Source: Lophium mytilinum (Eukaryota). From it: a stretch of 64,000 nucleotides of DNA. Position 1 is the stretch's first letter; each line of letters opens with the position of its first letter. The position numbers and the translations under genes are program-made. The DNA lies in NCBI GenBank assembly GCA_010093605.1, contig MU004186.1, forward strand, positions 1,096,616-1,160,615. Direction: 5' to 3'. Below the pieces are notes generated by a model. It worked only from the letters and a program-made list of their open reading frames with translations, was not told where the DNA came from and searched no databases. Positions 35,820-49,304 of this stretch are shown here, in pieces.

Positions 35820-38800
35820 AATGAGGTTCGAGAGGTTGCCTTTTCTGGTTGATATGGGATGCGCGGGGATTGAGAGTTGAAAAGTGAGAAAATGCTAAAT
35901 GCTACAGGTGCGTTTGACTGCGAAGATGATGCTACAAAATTGAAATGACGAAATGCTTGCAGGATGCGATGTGAAAAAGACAAGCCTCACAGCTCAGGTT
36001 GTGTCTTTATATTACCATTGTTAGCTCGTACGAGCGATTTGAAAGCAACTGCCGGTGAGAAAAATCCAAGGTTGATGCAATCTGATTAGCGATAACAATT
36101 GCATCATTGATAGCTAAAGTCCGGCCTAGTGAGCAGTTGCTTTGATTACAAACTACAAATTGCGAAGTATGAGGACATAGAATGAGGTTCCATGTTTGAT
36201 ATATCTGTATAATGTAGTGTTTCCCAAGATTACTTAAAGGAATTTGGCTAGTAAGAGAGAGATAAGCTGCATTGTGCTGGCGACAGCCGCAGGATCTTAC
36301 CCTGGTTTTCGCATGACCTGTCGGATGCACCAATCATTCCACAGCGCCAAGATTGTTGAGAAAGTCGACGTTTACTAATCGACAAAGACGGGAACCTCCT
36401 GGAAGTGACTTACCGAGAAACACTGACAAATATAGGTCACATGACTTCGGAATCTAGTGAGGTCGTTCTTCGATTGCGATCTTTGAATATTTTCCTTTGA
36501 CGTCGTGCACCCGCTACTGATATTCAATATTTGTGGACGTACATACCACCGAGCCCCACCCACCGTCTTCCACAGCTTCCGGCTGTCACATGGACGCGAG
36601 TGTCGGTGTGCCTATTTTCGCGAGGCGAGCTGAGGGGCCCACCTACTATCCCTAAAGCTTCGTCTTGTGCATCGGCGCAACCACTCTTACGAGGCATCAG
36701 AACCCATGAGCCCTTCGTTATCGAAGAAGATCAGTGAACGTGCTGCCCATGTCGTGCTTTCGACGTCCTGTCACCGTGCCGCCAATCCGGAGGCTTATTC
36801 CCGGGTGGGAAAGATTGTCTGGTCGCATCGTCGACACTCCGTCACTTTGATGTCAATCGCGACTGCTTTGTGCAGCTCGTCGCGAGAAACTATGACGGCC
36901 TTCGTATTTCTGAACAGGCGTAGGCGATGCGATCTTCAAGAACGAGAGTCGTGAGTGCGAGAGCTGTGGCTGTGCGATTATCGTAATTCGACCCCTGAGA
37001 CACTCTTGGCTTCATCCTCAGCATCGGGGCTTCTCTCGGGATATCGGGGCATGTGGGGAGAAACTCGGCGGCCTGGGCATGCTGTGCGTTCTCGTCTACC
37101 ATTCCATGGGCATAGCAGTTAATGTGCTGTGCTGACATGTTACCTCACAGGGCCTCGGTGTCGCGATCCGCGAGCTGATTCGGCTTTCGGCAAGGCCTTC
37201 ACGGCGACAGCAGGGTTTTCGCGCTCCAGATTCTGGCGTGTTAAACGTACGATCTGGACATGATGATTGCTAGCAAGGGACGAGTGCAAGCGCTGCAGCC
37301 GTGAGCATGGTGTCGCAGGAAGAGTTGGTGTCTCGACGTGCCCATTGCCTGCAGGTGCGTCGACTGTAGCCAATCCGGTGGCTCCCTGGGGCCCCGGAGG
37401 TAGCCCCGATGCCTATCTTTGAGATCCAGGAGCTATCTTCGTGTAGAGCGGGGCGTGGACCCCTGAACCTGGCGGAGAACCGTCGTAGTTGGATCGCGGT
37501 CATCTTTCTGGGCTTCTTTCGTTCGTTCACGTCTATGGGTGGTGAGTCGGTGACATTCCAGGACGAGGCAACTCGCTTGTGTCGGTAGAGTCGGTATAGA
37601 CGACACCGAATAGTGAAGGCGTGGTGGCACCAGAATGCGTGCTGTGGTTACCGGACCATGCCCTGATAGCACAGAGAATCTGCGCCACAACCGTTTCGAT
37701 GATAGACGAGGAAATTTGGAGTGCACCCGGTGTATAGGCATCTGCAAGAAAGCTGTTACGGCAAGTAATGCTTAATACACTGAGCAACCGGTTCTTTAAA
37801 CTCGTCAGGGTGCGTCTTTCCAAACAGGTGGGAGACCAAGGTTCTGTGCTCACATGCTGATGGATTTACAAAAGACACTGCCGGGACCCGTTGCGTTACT
37901 AGCATCGCGTAGCCAAGTAACAGCTCACTGTCCATATCTTGAAGCTCTAGACAAACGCCCAAAGACTCCTTCGGAACGCCCCGTGATCTTGTCTGCCGCT
38001 GGAGCCAACCACCATTCGAGAGGGGCACCGGAGGTATCTCCGCAATCAACTTTAAAGGTACTGCTTCCTTGAAAACGCACGTGAGCTCGTATACACAATA
38101 TTGCTCTGGAATTTGAATCTGGGTAAAGACCCTTGTTGCGTTCTTGAATCTTGGTTGTTACTTCATTGAGTACGTTTGAGCTCGATTTCGATGCCAGAGT
38201 GGATATTGTAATTGCTCGCAAGCTGGGCCGCGAGCGTCTTTGCGAGGGATATATGCTCCTAGTAAAGCCTGCATGATCGTTATTTCAGAACCAAAGTTTC
38301 AGTTCAATCAACATCGATATACCCCGCTTCTCAACAGATTTGCTGTCAGGATTGACTCCACACTCGGGACATGAATCCAGAACATAGGTAGATAGGCGTA
38401 AGCTAGCTTGTCCATAAACTTCAAGGCTAACAGCTCCACTCCACATCAACCATGCTGTACGCCACGGAGGAAGCAGGTATAACCTTGGAAGGTCTTAGGT
38501 GAGTGCAGGTGTGGCTTCAAAGAGGTGCAAAGTCAAGATCAGAAAAGAAAGCGGATCCGAAAACGGGGCTGTGGACTATTTCAACCATTCACAGCGTGGT
38601 GTGAGCAACACACCATTCTTGCATGAGAAGTGGCGTCCCCAAATACGGTGTATAGAACGAGGAATGCGTGTAATCTTTGTCATTGCGAACGAATTCCGCC
38701 TCGTAATGTTACGGCCCGTGTCAGTGTTCCTCCTTTGCTAAGCTTGCTCTGTTTGCTTCTCACTGGAGGACTTCGTCTTGGTGAGTCTGTGAAGCATGCT

Positions 38801-40301
38801 CGTGATGATATAGCCGTTCTCGTAACTACCCAGAGCATCCAGATTTCGCAAACAACCAGTTTCGATAGCGGTACAACTGTATCACTGTTTGCCTTAAAAG
38901 TTAGTAGCTAGTAGCTAGCTTAATCGTACCGGTGTTGACTCCCATGCCCGTACACCAGACGCCTAACAAGGCGGTGCACGTGATTAGCCACAATCTGCAG
39001 GGACTTTGGTGAATGCCCCGGCGTCATCACGCACCGATCGCGCGACGCGACCTCAGCGACGTTAGATGCAGCTCCCTTTCCTGCAGGCGAATCCAATAGA
39101 GGTGCTTTTGGAGAGGAAAGAGGGCTTCCGCATTGCCCACGATGGTACAGTGGCATGTCGCGGCAAATGGAAGCCGGATTATCGTAGGTTCCTGTCTGTT
39201 AGTCCTTATTCTGTCCATACTAAGGTAAGACCTCGCTGAATGAAGACTTCTCGCAGACAGGGAATTGATAACCCTTATTGCGTGAATCTTATCTTCAAGG
39301 ATGCCGTTACATGATGGACGAGGCATCGGGCTGCCTTTCCAGCGTCTATCATGAGGTTCTCGTTGATATAACGATCGTGGTGATAAACGGCATGGTGTTG
39401 AATGAACGGCTCCGGGCCTCCGGACCCCTCCAACGCCAGCTTGTAAGTATCTAGCCTTATTCTTGCAGCATCGGCGATCAACCCCCTGCTCAGGAAGAGC
39501 AGAGTCCAATCACGGACCATTCTGCGCGCCGTTCCACCCTGGCCCTTGAGCCCCGGAATCTGCAGCGTGTTGTCGATAAGGAAAGTCGAAGAGTGCGCAT
39601 CGTCGATGCTTGCCACCCCGCTTCTCCCGCAGTCGCTACAACCAAAATTGTTTTCGCGACGACGAGAAGGCGTGTCGAAAATCGTTGTCTTAGGAGGATG
39701 GAGTCTACGGAGGTACTCCGCGGGCAGTGCGCGACCTATTAAACCTGCCGCTGTGCTGTGAGCTATGGCAAACAGAGATTAGCAGGTGCTCGTCCAGACC
39801 ACGGAGCTTGCTCCGCTGTAGCGCGTAGCTCGGAGGCGAGAAGTAGCCGGAAGGAATGTAAGGATGCTGCACGGCCACAGCCCAGCGGGCGGGGACAGCC
39901 CTTGGCGACTTGATCTAGACCGGTTATCTGTTGACCGCGGCGTTTTCCGTACAAGGCCCGCGACCGACTGGGCGCAGGAGTCGTACGTTTGTCGTTCCAC
40001 CGATGCAGAACTCCAAAGACTGCCCCAGCACCTGCCAGGCCTCGCTCGAACGGGTAGCGCCGACGACACTCATCCTGCACCCTGATGCAACTCTGCTGCA
40101 CGGCTGCGGGCCCAACTCCGAATATAAGGTTGCCACTGGACCCCGAGTACTGGCTTCCCATACCATAGCACTGGCCAGCCTGACCACCACCCTCCATACT
40201 CTTAAAGCAGTTGCATTGATCCGTTGATCCTTTGACATCTGTTGCCCACATCCAAAAACTCGTTGAAACAATACCAACTCTTCCCATACACCTTTGCTGC
40301 C

Positions 40302-41342
40302 ATGACTGTTGACTGGAGCCCTTTCTTGCCGACTGATGCAATGGCCCGCACAGCTCGTGAGCAGAACCCCTCTTCTCTCTTTCTTGGTACCCCGACTTAC
40401 CCCCTGGTAGCATCTACCGACGCCAGCCCCTCCACCGAAGACTTCCCATATACCGACTCTTACGATAAGGCCTACCTCGCCGACGCCTTCAGTATGCAGC
40501 CCGACTACTCGCTCGACGAATGGGTCGTTCCTGACTTCTTTGACCGCCCGGCCGCGAGCATTGAGTCTCCTATTGGCTTCGCACCCAAAAGCCAAGCAGT
40601 GCTCACCGCGACACTCCCCGTTGCTGCCACTGCAGGCCAGCCTCTAGACTCGCTTTGGCAGACCAAAGCACCCTTCGGTCAGCTCAACGGCTTTGACACA
40701 TTCGCGCCGAGCAACCTCCCATTTGGCACCCTTGATACCAACAACTTCTCGCCCTCCCGCAATGCCTCACCCACGCCCTCGCTTTGCGGTGACGGTTCCC
40801 AGGCTAGTTTTGAACCCCAGCCCACTTCTCCGACCACCTCTTTAAAGCGCGAATCCTCCCCCTTGGAAAACACCGAGGAGCCCGAACCCAAGCGCGTAGC
40901 ACGCAAGCGAGGCCGCCCAAGGATTAACCGCATCGAGTCCGACCCTACCAACGACACCTCCTACGCCGATTCGCAAAAGTACCGCAGCAGTCGACGCCTC
41001 CCCCACAACCAAGTCGAACGCAAGTACCGTGAGGGTCTCAACTCGGAACTCGAACGCCTCCGCCGCGCAGTCCCCACACTCCCGCAGCGCGACTCTTCCG
41101 ACCTGACTGGCCCGCCAAAGCCTAGCAAAGCAACCGTTCTCGCCAGCGCCATCGATTACATCAAGTTCATGGAAGCTGAGCACGAGAGATTGGCTGAGGA
41201 GAATGAGCGCCTACGCGGCATCCGGCCCATGCCGTCGACGAACGCAAATCGAGGACCGCGGAGCAAGCTCCAGAACGTTGGCTGGAACAAGAACCGCACC
41301 AGCTCTTCGACATCGTCCGCATCGCTCCAGTCCCTCGAATAA
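40302..41342 (+). CDS. SREBP-type bHLH-Zip transcription factor without transmembrane domain
   Basis: HNQVERKYREGLNSELERLRRAVP...SKATVLASAIDYIKFME followed by a short zipper. Tyr sits at the SREBP-diagnostic basic-region position. Confidence 0.88.
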   Translation: MTVDWSPFLPTDAMARTAREQNPSSLFLGTPTYPLVASTDASPSTEDFPYTDSYDKAYLADAFSMQPDYSLDEWVVPDFFDRPAASIESPIGFAPKSQAVLTATLPVAATAGQPLDSLWQTKAPFGQLNGFDTFAPSNLPFGTLDTNNFSPSRNASPTPSLCGDGSQASFEPQPTSPTTSLKRESSPLENTEEPEPKRVARKRGRPRINRIESDPTNDTSYADSQKYRSSRRLPHNQVERKYREGLNSELERLRRAVPTLPQRDSSDLTGPPKPSKATVLASAIDYIKFMEAEHERLAEENERLRGIRPMPSTNANRGPRSKLQNVGWNKNRTSSSTSSASLQSLE

Positions 41343-44290
41343 TGCCGGAACTCCTTGCGAGTGTTCGCTTTCGATTTTTAGAAAAACCTTTTTGTGCAGC
41401 CTTCATTGTACATTTCGCAATTCGCCGCTTGTCCGGTCAGGAGGGCGTGATGGACGACGACTTCCAGAAATGTTGTCGTCCTGATTGGAGTTTAGCAAGA
41501 GCCAGTTCTTCTTGCCTTCAGATCTCCACTAGCTCCTTCACTTGAGAGATGTTGAATTAATGATACCCGGAGTTGTTATGAGATAACGAAACGAATGTTT
41601 ACCAAAAGGGGGATTGCGGTAGCGGTAGCCGGTCTGCCGGATACTGGCGATTATCTGTTAGTGTTCTCAAGAGCTTCCAATCTTCTCAAAAGCTTCCAGA
41701 GTGCGATGTACGCAATCTTTTCTTGTTCTGGCCTCTAGCTAGCGGAAAAGCTTTAGTAGTAATTCGAGACTTTGAACCCATTGTCTGAATATCTTGAAAA
41801 TGTACTCCGATGAACGTGCAAGTAGCAAAAAGAGACAGACATGATTGTGAAGGTAGGGAATTGAAACGAGCTTACTTATTTCGAATCACCTTGTCCCTTT
41901 CCCAGCGCCTCTGATTCTGAGCCAGAGCTATCTTCTTAGACTTCGCCATAATATCGTAGCATCATCTCGCTGATAACTCAAGCTCAACAACGCCCCATGG
42001 ATCTCGATGGCTATCGTCTCCAAGGCTACGGAACCCCACGCTCGGACCGCACCATGCTTCCAAACGCACGACTTTCCAGGTCAGAAACGCCCTGCCATAC
42101 CGCCTTCGCAGAATTTCCACTTTAGCGATAGTTCATTTCATCGATGCGACACCAGAGCCTCCTTGGACAAAGCCCTAACGCTACGTCACTCAATGTGGAC
42201 TGCCGGCACATCGGTGTTTTCCATTTGGCATGACGACGTGCATGAACCTGGAGCATTCCGATCATCCCAAACAAGGTATCGTCTTGTGTAATGCAGCCTC
42301 GCAGTTGGATGGCGGGAAAGTACGGAAGGGAGTGGAGACTGCCAAGCATGTGGCATCAGCTATGAGAGATCGCCTTTTCCTTGGTCGGACACGATACCGT
42401 AGATGGTAAATGGGGCATGGCAGATGGAATGCGCGATCCGGATTATCGGCTCATCATATAGTAGATTGGATGAAAATTGCCATGTTCTCGCTTCGGGCGA
42501 CGTGATGGTGACGGATAGCGGTGGATTGTATACAGGGGTAGGAAGTGGGCACGGCGACGCGGCCCGCTCCAGTCTATTGTGCAACGAGCCTAAGGGAGGA
42601 AGCCGAGGAAGGTACTGAAGTCACTGGATCTTGTAATGTCCAGACCGGAGTGGAAGTGGTTCGACCACACGCCATTGACAGCGGCTTCAACAGCCGCATT
42701 TTCTGTATATGCACTACCCATGGCATCAGACCCATGCCCCGGGCCCATCTTGTTCCAAGAAATCCATCATGGCAATCTGAAAAACGGATCCAAGATTCCC
42801 ATGAGATCTGAATGCAGTGGACCGGAAAGCCACTGTGGATCGTGGACAAGGGTCATGGTTGATGGTCTTGGCCATATCACACCACAATGGCTTGACCTCG
42901 GAGAGAATGACGTCCTGCGATAAAGAGACAGTTTACACCCGCGGCATATCCCCGGAGGAAGCCCCTCTGAACTATGGGATGCTTTTCCGCCACGACGTCG
43001 TCGCCTCGCGAGATCGCCACTATCACCTGGCGCGAGGGCGATGGTGTTGCACTCGCTCCAATAAGATCCAACGCGCTCTTGTTTTTCTGTGTAGCTGAGC
43101 CGAAGATTCTTCACCGGGCAGGGAAACGTCCTTTTAGAATGAACCTATCCGACCTGTTCACTGAAGGAGTCTACAAAATGGAGATGGGAAGCGTCTTCAG
43201 GTCAGCTAGGCGTTGATGCTGAACGTTACCCATGGGTACGGAACTTTCCCTATGTTTCAATACCATATGTCGTATTGTAATATCTGTGGCTGAGAATAAA
43301 ATGACCTTGTCAGCTGCCCCACAAGCTTTGACACGACGATGCAGGTAGTTCTTGGCCACGCGCAGAGCTTGTGATGAAGAAAGCATGGACAATTGGAACT
43401 GGAGAGCTTGAGAAGAAATCAAAGGCGTGTAGATTCTGTAGTGGAGGATCCCAAGTACCTGCTTGCTCATTCGAAGACGGAGAATAGGTCGAAGGGAGGT
43501 CACGTGATTCAATGCGCCGCCGCTTCTGCTTCAAGCCAACCCTGGAGGCTTGCGAAGAGCTAACGTTCTTCTGGAAACACGCTCTTGTGAAAGATGTCCA
43601 GGGAAAGCCTGATACATGTTTCCTGAAGATTGACGGATGTCAACATTTTCTGTTTGTTAGTGATGAATGCCAGGTTCGCGGCATCCTTGCATTGACTCTT
43701 TTGCTGACCAGCCTGGGATATTCGGTGTCGTCAGTCGCGAAAAGCACTTCAGACATGAACGGCTCTTGTGAGAAGCGTGAGACGACCGGTGAGACTTGTG
43801 AAGCAGCATTGGTGGCTAAAATTTCGAGATGTGATAGAGTTGTAGTATCGAAAATGCGGGCAATGAGGGCATGCTCTCGAAGCTAAGCGGGTAGGTCGGC
43901 AACTTGATAGCATTATCAAGGTATAATCCAGACTCAATCGCAGATGCGCTGCAAAGTGCCCTGGCCATATTCTTGACGTCATCGGTTTCGATGGCACTAT
44001 GTGCACTGGATCGAGTATGCATTAACTTTCAATGATGGCGCTGACAAAGGCTGAGAAATGTGTTGATGGGGTGAGACGGGTGGAGTGATCGAGGGAATAC
44101 AGACGGAATGAGGAAGAAAAGTAGAGGGGGACAGGGGAGGTCGAAATAAGGTCGCCAAGACTCTTCTAGTCTACCCGTGTAGGGGTCTTCCGCTGCCCAA
44201 AGCGGACCTCAACATTCTCTAGAACATCAAAGAACGTGGTAATGTGAAAGTTGTGGGGTTACGCTAATATTCCAATTGAAAGCAAGCGCT

Positions 44291-46912
44291 CTACATCTTC
44301 CGCCGCTTCACCGTCATCGATGCATCGTCCTCTGCACCAATATCCTCGCTCTCCATCCTCCCAGTTGTTCTTTCCGCGCTACTGCGCCATGTAGTCACGC
44401 TCTTTTCCACCGCCTCGTACATTTCCTTTGCATCCTGCACCACGCCATCTTCGCCCGTATTGAACATGACCGCGTTGGCGAACATGCGCATGAACTCCTT
44501 CTCCAGTTGAGCGGAGTTGACAATCGCTTTCGGTGGAACTACTTCTGCGCTCAAGGGAAGTATCACGTTACCACCTCCTCCACCGGGACTGCCCGCGGGA
44601 GTGTCAGAACTCGCTGCAGCTTGGACGGCCTTAGCACCTGCCGCAATCGCCGTTCGAATTGACTTCAGATCTTGAGGTCGCTTGATGATGTCGTAGTAGC
44701 CTTCGGCGTCCTTCTCTTTGACTGCATTGCTGAAGATAGACGCATGCTTGTGTGACAAGATGTCGTTCATGACTGGGTTACACATGCGCGAGAAATGTCG
44801 AGGCGCTATAACCGTCTGCAAACCAGGCGTGCTTGGCATTTCCTCCGAGTCGGCCACTGATGTTTCTCGGACATGCCGTTTCCGCTTGTTCGATTGAAGA
44901 GACTGCAATGTGCCGCCACGTCGGCGCGTGGAGGCTACTGGCGTATTGGTTGCGCTGCGATCTTCCTCGACCATATCAGTAGATGTTCCCGGCTCTGTCT
45001 TCACCCTGTACCCCATAGCTGATTCGTGATCTGCGGACATGGTTTCCGCGTGAGAGGTCACCGACTGGCTCCTGGTGCGGCCACGAATGGAGCTCCCTAC
45101 AACGGACGACGCGACACTGCCTCCTCGTGGTCTTGTCGGCTGAGTCCGCCCGCTGCGCATTTGTCGTACAGCGATATCGCCAGAGATGTTTTCGGCCCTC
45201 AGGGGATCCTTAGACTTGGCCATCCGCTTACTAGCACTTTTCGATGATGAAGGCTTCTGAGTGGGTTCTTCGACGTCGTTTTCGACATCACTAAGCGGCT
45301 CCGGGGAAGGCGCGCGGACGGGAGACCGTGGAGGCTGCTGCGCAGAATGCTTCCAGCGAGTAATACTACTGGGGGTGGAAAGTGCCAGGGACGGCCGCGG
45401 GCCTCGTACACCTGAAGGAGTGGCAAATGGACCCTGAAGATGCCCTGGAAGCGCGCGAGGTGGGAATTGCGGCTGCGCGATCGGCTGGGAGGCTCCAGGT
45501 GTGGTTTGCATGGCAACAGGAGGCGGCCTGTTGTTCGGCGTCGATACTTGGGCCTGCTGAGAGGCCTTCTGCTGTTGCTGATAGGCTCGAGTTGGGTCCT
45601 GCGGATTAACCTGGAATGGCGGGGGCATGTATTGCATAATGGGAGGGGCCTGATGCGCATGCTGAGTTGGAGGATAAGGAGTTTGGTGTGTGGCATATGG
45701 AGTATAGTAGCCTCGCTGCTGTTGTGGAGTCTGAGAAGAAGGAACTGGGCTGGGAGATGGCTGAGCCGGAGGGTACGGCCCTGGATACCGCTGCGCAGTG
45801 GAGGGGTATTGAAAATGACCGGGAGATGGTCCAGGGTACGGTGGCACACCGTTCACAGAGTATGGCGAGGGAGGTAGCTGGGGATATGGGGCGGGATACG
45901 TAGGAACGCCGGCTGTAGGCGGTGGGCGACCTGCTGGTGGAGGGCCTTGTGCATTTGGACTAGCTGAGGGAATCGGAAATTGGCTTGAGTGAGGTTGGGG
46001 TGGGTACGGAGATCGATGAACAGCTAGAGGCGATGTGGGATATCCAGCTCCAGGATACTGCGTGACTGGAGGCTTCGGGGGTCCTTGGGCCTGAGACGGG
46101 ATCCGAGTATGGCCTGGAGTATTCTGGGATGGAGTTTGAGGTAGGTGAGGAGTATCAGGGGGCGCTTGGTTGTCCAAGACTGCTGTGTTGTTGCGAGGAG
46201 ATAGATCGGTCACCGCTTTACTCGCTGGCTGAAGAGTGGAATGCCCATTGAGGGTTTCGGCGGGCTTCGGCGTCGTCTGCGCTGCGCTACTAGATTTCTG
46301 CGCAGTGGTCGAAGGCACCAAAGAGCCCGCTGTGGATGGAGCATCTGGAGTTGTCCTTTGGGAGAGGTGCTTAGTTGGGGTCTGGGTCTGTCTCGCAGAC
46401 TTCTTGCCCGTCCCGTTCGTGTCTTGCCGCAACCTGTCGTCCCATCTTCCTTGCTCGATCTCCTCTACGTCGCGCTGCAAACGGTCGTATCTGCGTTCGT
46501 CGTCCCGGATCTGTTCAGTCACATAGGCTCTGTACCTCGCATAGAGCTTCGCAACGAGTCTCGGGATGAGATGGGTGTGCTGCGATGCTTCTTGCACGGT
46601 GGGAAAGCTCGGGCTGGGAGCCTTGCGCTTCCGTGGGTTCTGGACCTCTCCGTTGTGTCCCTCGCTGTCGCCATTTGCGCCGTCATATTTCTCGCTCTGG
46701 GCCTCGCGCTTCAGCTCCTTGAGGTACCAGTTGCGCAGCGAGTCTGGGCTCAGGCGGCCGACCTCGAAGCGGTCGGAGGAGGTGATGTGGGGGTTTCTCT
46801 TCAGCAGATCCGAGATTCTGCTGAAGACTTGGGGCTCTACGCCATAGGCGGCGAGGGATTGGAAGAGAAGCAGGGTCTCGAGTGGCGTATAGGGCGTGTC
46901 GAGAGTACTCAT
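44291..46912 (-). CDS. Bromodomain protein (BRD8-like architecture)
   Basis: N-terminal YTPLETLLLFQSL, coiled coil ...IEQGRWD, Pro/Gln-rich middle, and C-terminal bromodomain IFSNAVKEKDAEGYYDIIKRPQDLKSI...MRMFANAVMFN. First ATG at 46912. Confidence 0.88.
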   Translation of the reverse strand: MSTLDTPYTPLETLLLFQSLAAYGVEPQVFSRISDLLKRNPHITSSDRFEVGRLSPDSLRNWYLKELKREAQSEKYDGANGDSEGHNGEVQNPRKRKAPSPSFPTVQEASQHTHLIPRLVAKLYARYRAYVTEQIRDDERRYDRLQRDVEEIEQGRWDDRLRQDTNGTGKKSARQTQTPTKHLSQRTTPDAPSTAGSLVPSTTAQKSSSAAQTTPKPAETLNGHSTLQPASKAVTDLSPRNNTAVLDNQAPPDTPHLPQTPSQNTPGHTRIPSQAQGPPKPPVTQYPGAGYPTSPLAVHRSPYPPQPHSSQFPIPSASPNAQGPPPAGRPPPTAGVPTYPAPYPQLPPSPYSVNGVPPYPGPSPGHFQYPSTAQRYPGPYPPAQPSPSPVPSSQTPQQQRGYYTPYATHQTPYPPTQHAHQAPPIMQYMPPPFQVNPQDPTRAYQQQQKASQQAQVSTPNNRPPPVAMQTTPGASQPIAQPQFPPRALPGHLQGPFATPSGVRGPRPSLALSTPSSITRWKHSAQQPPRSPVRAPSPEPLSDVENDVEEPTQKPSSSKSASKRMAKSKDPLRAENISGDIAVRQMRSGRTQPTRPRGGSVASSVVGSSIRGRTRSQSVTSHAETMSADHESAMGYRVKTEPGTSTDMVEEDRSATNTPVASTRRRGGTLQSLQSNKRKRHVRETSVADSEEMPSTPGLQTVIAPRHFSRMCNPVMNDILSHKHASIFSNAVKEKDAEGYYDIIKRPQDLKSIRTAIAAGAKAVQAAASSDTPAGSPGGGGGNVILPLSAEVVPPKAIVNSAQLEKEFMRMFANAVMFNTGEDGVVQDAKEMYEAVEKSVTTWRSSAERTTGRMESEDIGAEDDASMTVKRRKM

Positions 46913-47731
46913 CCCCCGGGCGCGCTGGGCTTTTGGGGGACGCGGGCGAGGCTGCGGACGCGGTAGAGGAGCCAGCACGGCGGCGGCACTGCTCTCATTA
47001 TCAGCAAAGACGGCTCTCAACAGGGCGGGGCAGCAGCCACTGACGGCGAGATGGATTTCGCGCCTGGGAGAGCGCTGGGATGGCGGAGGGAGGTTCACGG
47101 TTCTGGTGGCAGGGTGGGTTTTTGCGACCGGCGGCCGGGCTGCGGCTCACAGCTGGACGGCACGACGGGCTGAGCACGGCCAATAATTACCATCGAGGAA
47201 GAGCTAGACAGGGAGCAGCGCCGTGCACGTGCGACGGGGAAGATATATGGTGGTTGTTGACGTCGTGGGTGAAGCTATTCGCAGCGGCTGGACGAAGTAC
47301 CGTGATGCAAGGGCAACGCGCCTCTCTGTTGTGTGTCGCTGCTCCTGTTGACGTCCAGGCACCCAGGGCTCGCAGGAGCTCTTCGCCCCGACGCAGCCCT
47401 GGAGCGGAGCTGTCTGCCCAGTGCCAAAGGCCGATCTGCTAGCCCTGGGAAATTGAGGCCGCCCAAGACCTCCTTTTCGGACTCGCGCTGGACGTCCCCA
47501 GATATCTGTGGCAACGGAGCACGACTTCAGCGGGACCCGGTGCCAGCTCCTGCGTCCCTCCAGCTGCTTGCGACATCCTCGACTTGATCCTGCGCCGTCG
47601 TCCACTGCTCCGCTCTCTAGCATTCATTCTCCACTTCGCCTGCATCTGCCCCTCACCACCGCGGCAGCTTCCCACGGCCCTTCCCGACTACGAGCCGCGT
47701 CTCTGGGGTCTCCAAAGGCCATACCGACACG

Positions 47732-48341
47732 ATGGAGGACCCTGACCGAGACTGGAAGCCCTCTGGCCGCCCGCAATCGTGCGTCGTTTTGCTGCTTACC
47801 TCTTTATAACTATGGCTGACCATTTTACAGCACAATTGCCCGCAACTTCTCCGCCGAGCTCGACAGCCTGTTCAAGACCGATGGAGATTTAGATACCCTA
47901 GACCGCACTGTTCATCAAAAGTATATTCTGCAGTACCAATTGGCCACCCCTTCGCGGCTGACCATCTCCAGGAAACAGATAGTGTCTACCCACACACAGG
48001 AGCTCGAAGCTCTCGAGGCCAAGCTGCGCGAGACTGAGGAGCGTCTGAACAAGGCCAAGACGTCGCCGCCGGCCGCCTTTTCGCGCAAGAACAGCCAGCG
48101 TCGCACTCCCATCCAGGGCACTTTTGCCGAAGCCGACAAGGCTCGCGCACCGGAGCCCAGCAGCCCACTATCCCAGGTCTCCAACGTCCCGCAAGCCGGG
48201 TCCGAGAACGCCTTGCCCGGCCCAATGCCAGGAGCGATGCCAGAGACCCCTCTGTCTAACAACAGCCGCGAGTATGTCATGGTCGACAGCCACGACGGCC
48301 AGGCCAACGGAGAAGGAGAGAGCGTGCGACCGCAGCCGTGA
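47732..48341 (+). CDS. Hypothetical short coiled-coil protein
   Basis: MEDPDRDWKPSGRPQS-TIARNFSAELDSLF...VHQK-KQIVSTHTQELEALEAKLRETEERL. Two canonical introns with CTGAC branch sites. Confidence 0.8.
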
Positions 48342-49304
48342 GCGAGTGTGCAAGCTTGATATGAGGTTATGATATTGGGGTACACCGGAGATCATTGGCA
48401 TAACGAGCAGCCTCGTAGGTTGGGCATCGGGTTGGGTTGTATGAATTTAATCGACAAAGGGCACAAGGGCTCTATACCACTTCCTTGAAGTTCATTTCGG
48501 ACATCGCTTTCTTGCATCCACCTAGTAAATCGCATCTGTTTACGCGTTCCGATGGGTGGCAGTGTGTGTATGTTATGTATGTACTAATCTAAAGAAATAC
48601 AGCTTACTGGGTGTGCTTTCCGGTGGTGTGCTTTGTTAGAGTCTGCTGGCGCTGCTACAAATGTATCTGTGGTATCGGTTTGAAATTTCTAATGTTTTCC
48701 TTAACGGGAACTTATCTCTTTTAGGATCGCTGTGCTGACAAACGATCCGGCCAACAAACGCGGACGAACACTGAAGGACAACCAACAATTAGGGTGGACC
48801 TCCCGCCGAGCAGTCTGGTCCGTTGTTTAACTACGATATCTCCACAAATGTACGTGCGAGATCTAGTGTGCATGAGAATCATGCTAACTACATCTGTACG
48901 GACTGAAGTTTTCTCGAGGTTTGGATGCTACTCAGCTCAGAACAAGCCATAAGCCAGGCGTGTACTTCCAGGAGCCCTTGTTACATGTAGGCACCAATTT
49001 GTCTAGCTTCATGTCAAGCGTCGCGAGGCATCTAGCTCTTTCAGGTATATTTTGAAGGTTGGACTGAACAGTTCGTGGTGGACTTTTTAGTCACGTGACA
49101 CCGGACCTGAGAACCACCCCTTATGTCCAGCGGTGCCACAATGGTGTTAGGCGGAAATCCATCGGAGGACAAACGGACGAAACTACTATAAAGGGGACAT
49201 AATACTCATTGCAATCGAGTATATCCTACTTCTCCAGTCTACCAATATCCCAAGTCAAAAAAGAAAGCCTTTCCATAATATTTCATCCCCCAATTCCTTC
49301 CATC

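Noticed and set aside
42400..43220. Protein-like fragments on the + strand
   Set aside because: Multiple stops and frame changes with no recognisable family; cannot be supported by eye.
46913..47098. N-terminal extension of the bromodomain ORF
   Set aside because: Depends on a non-ATG start; the conserved-looking sequence begins at the ATG at 46912.
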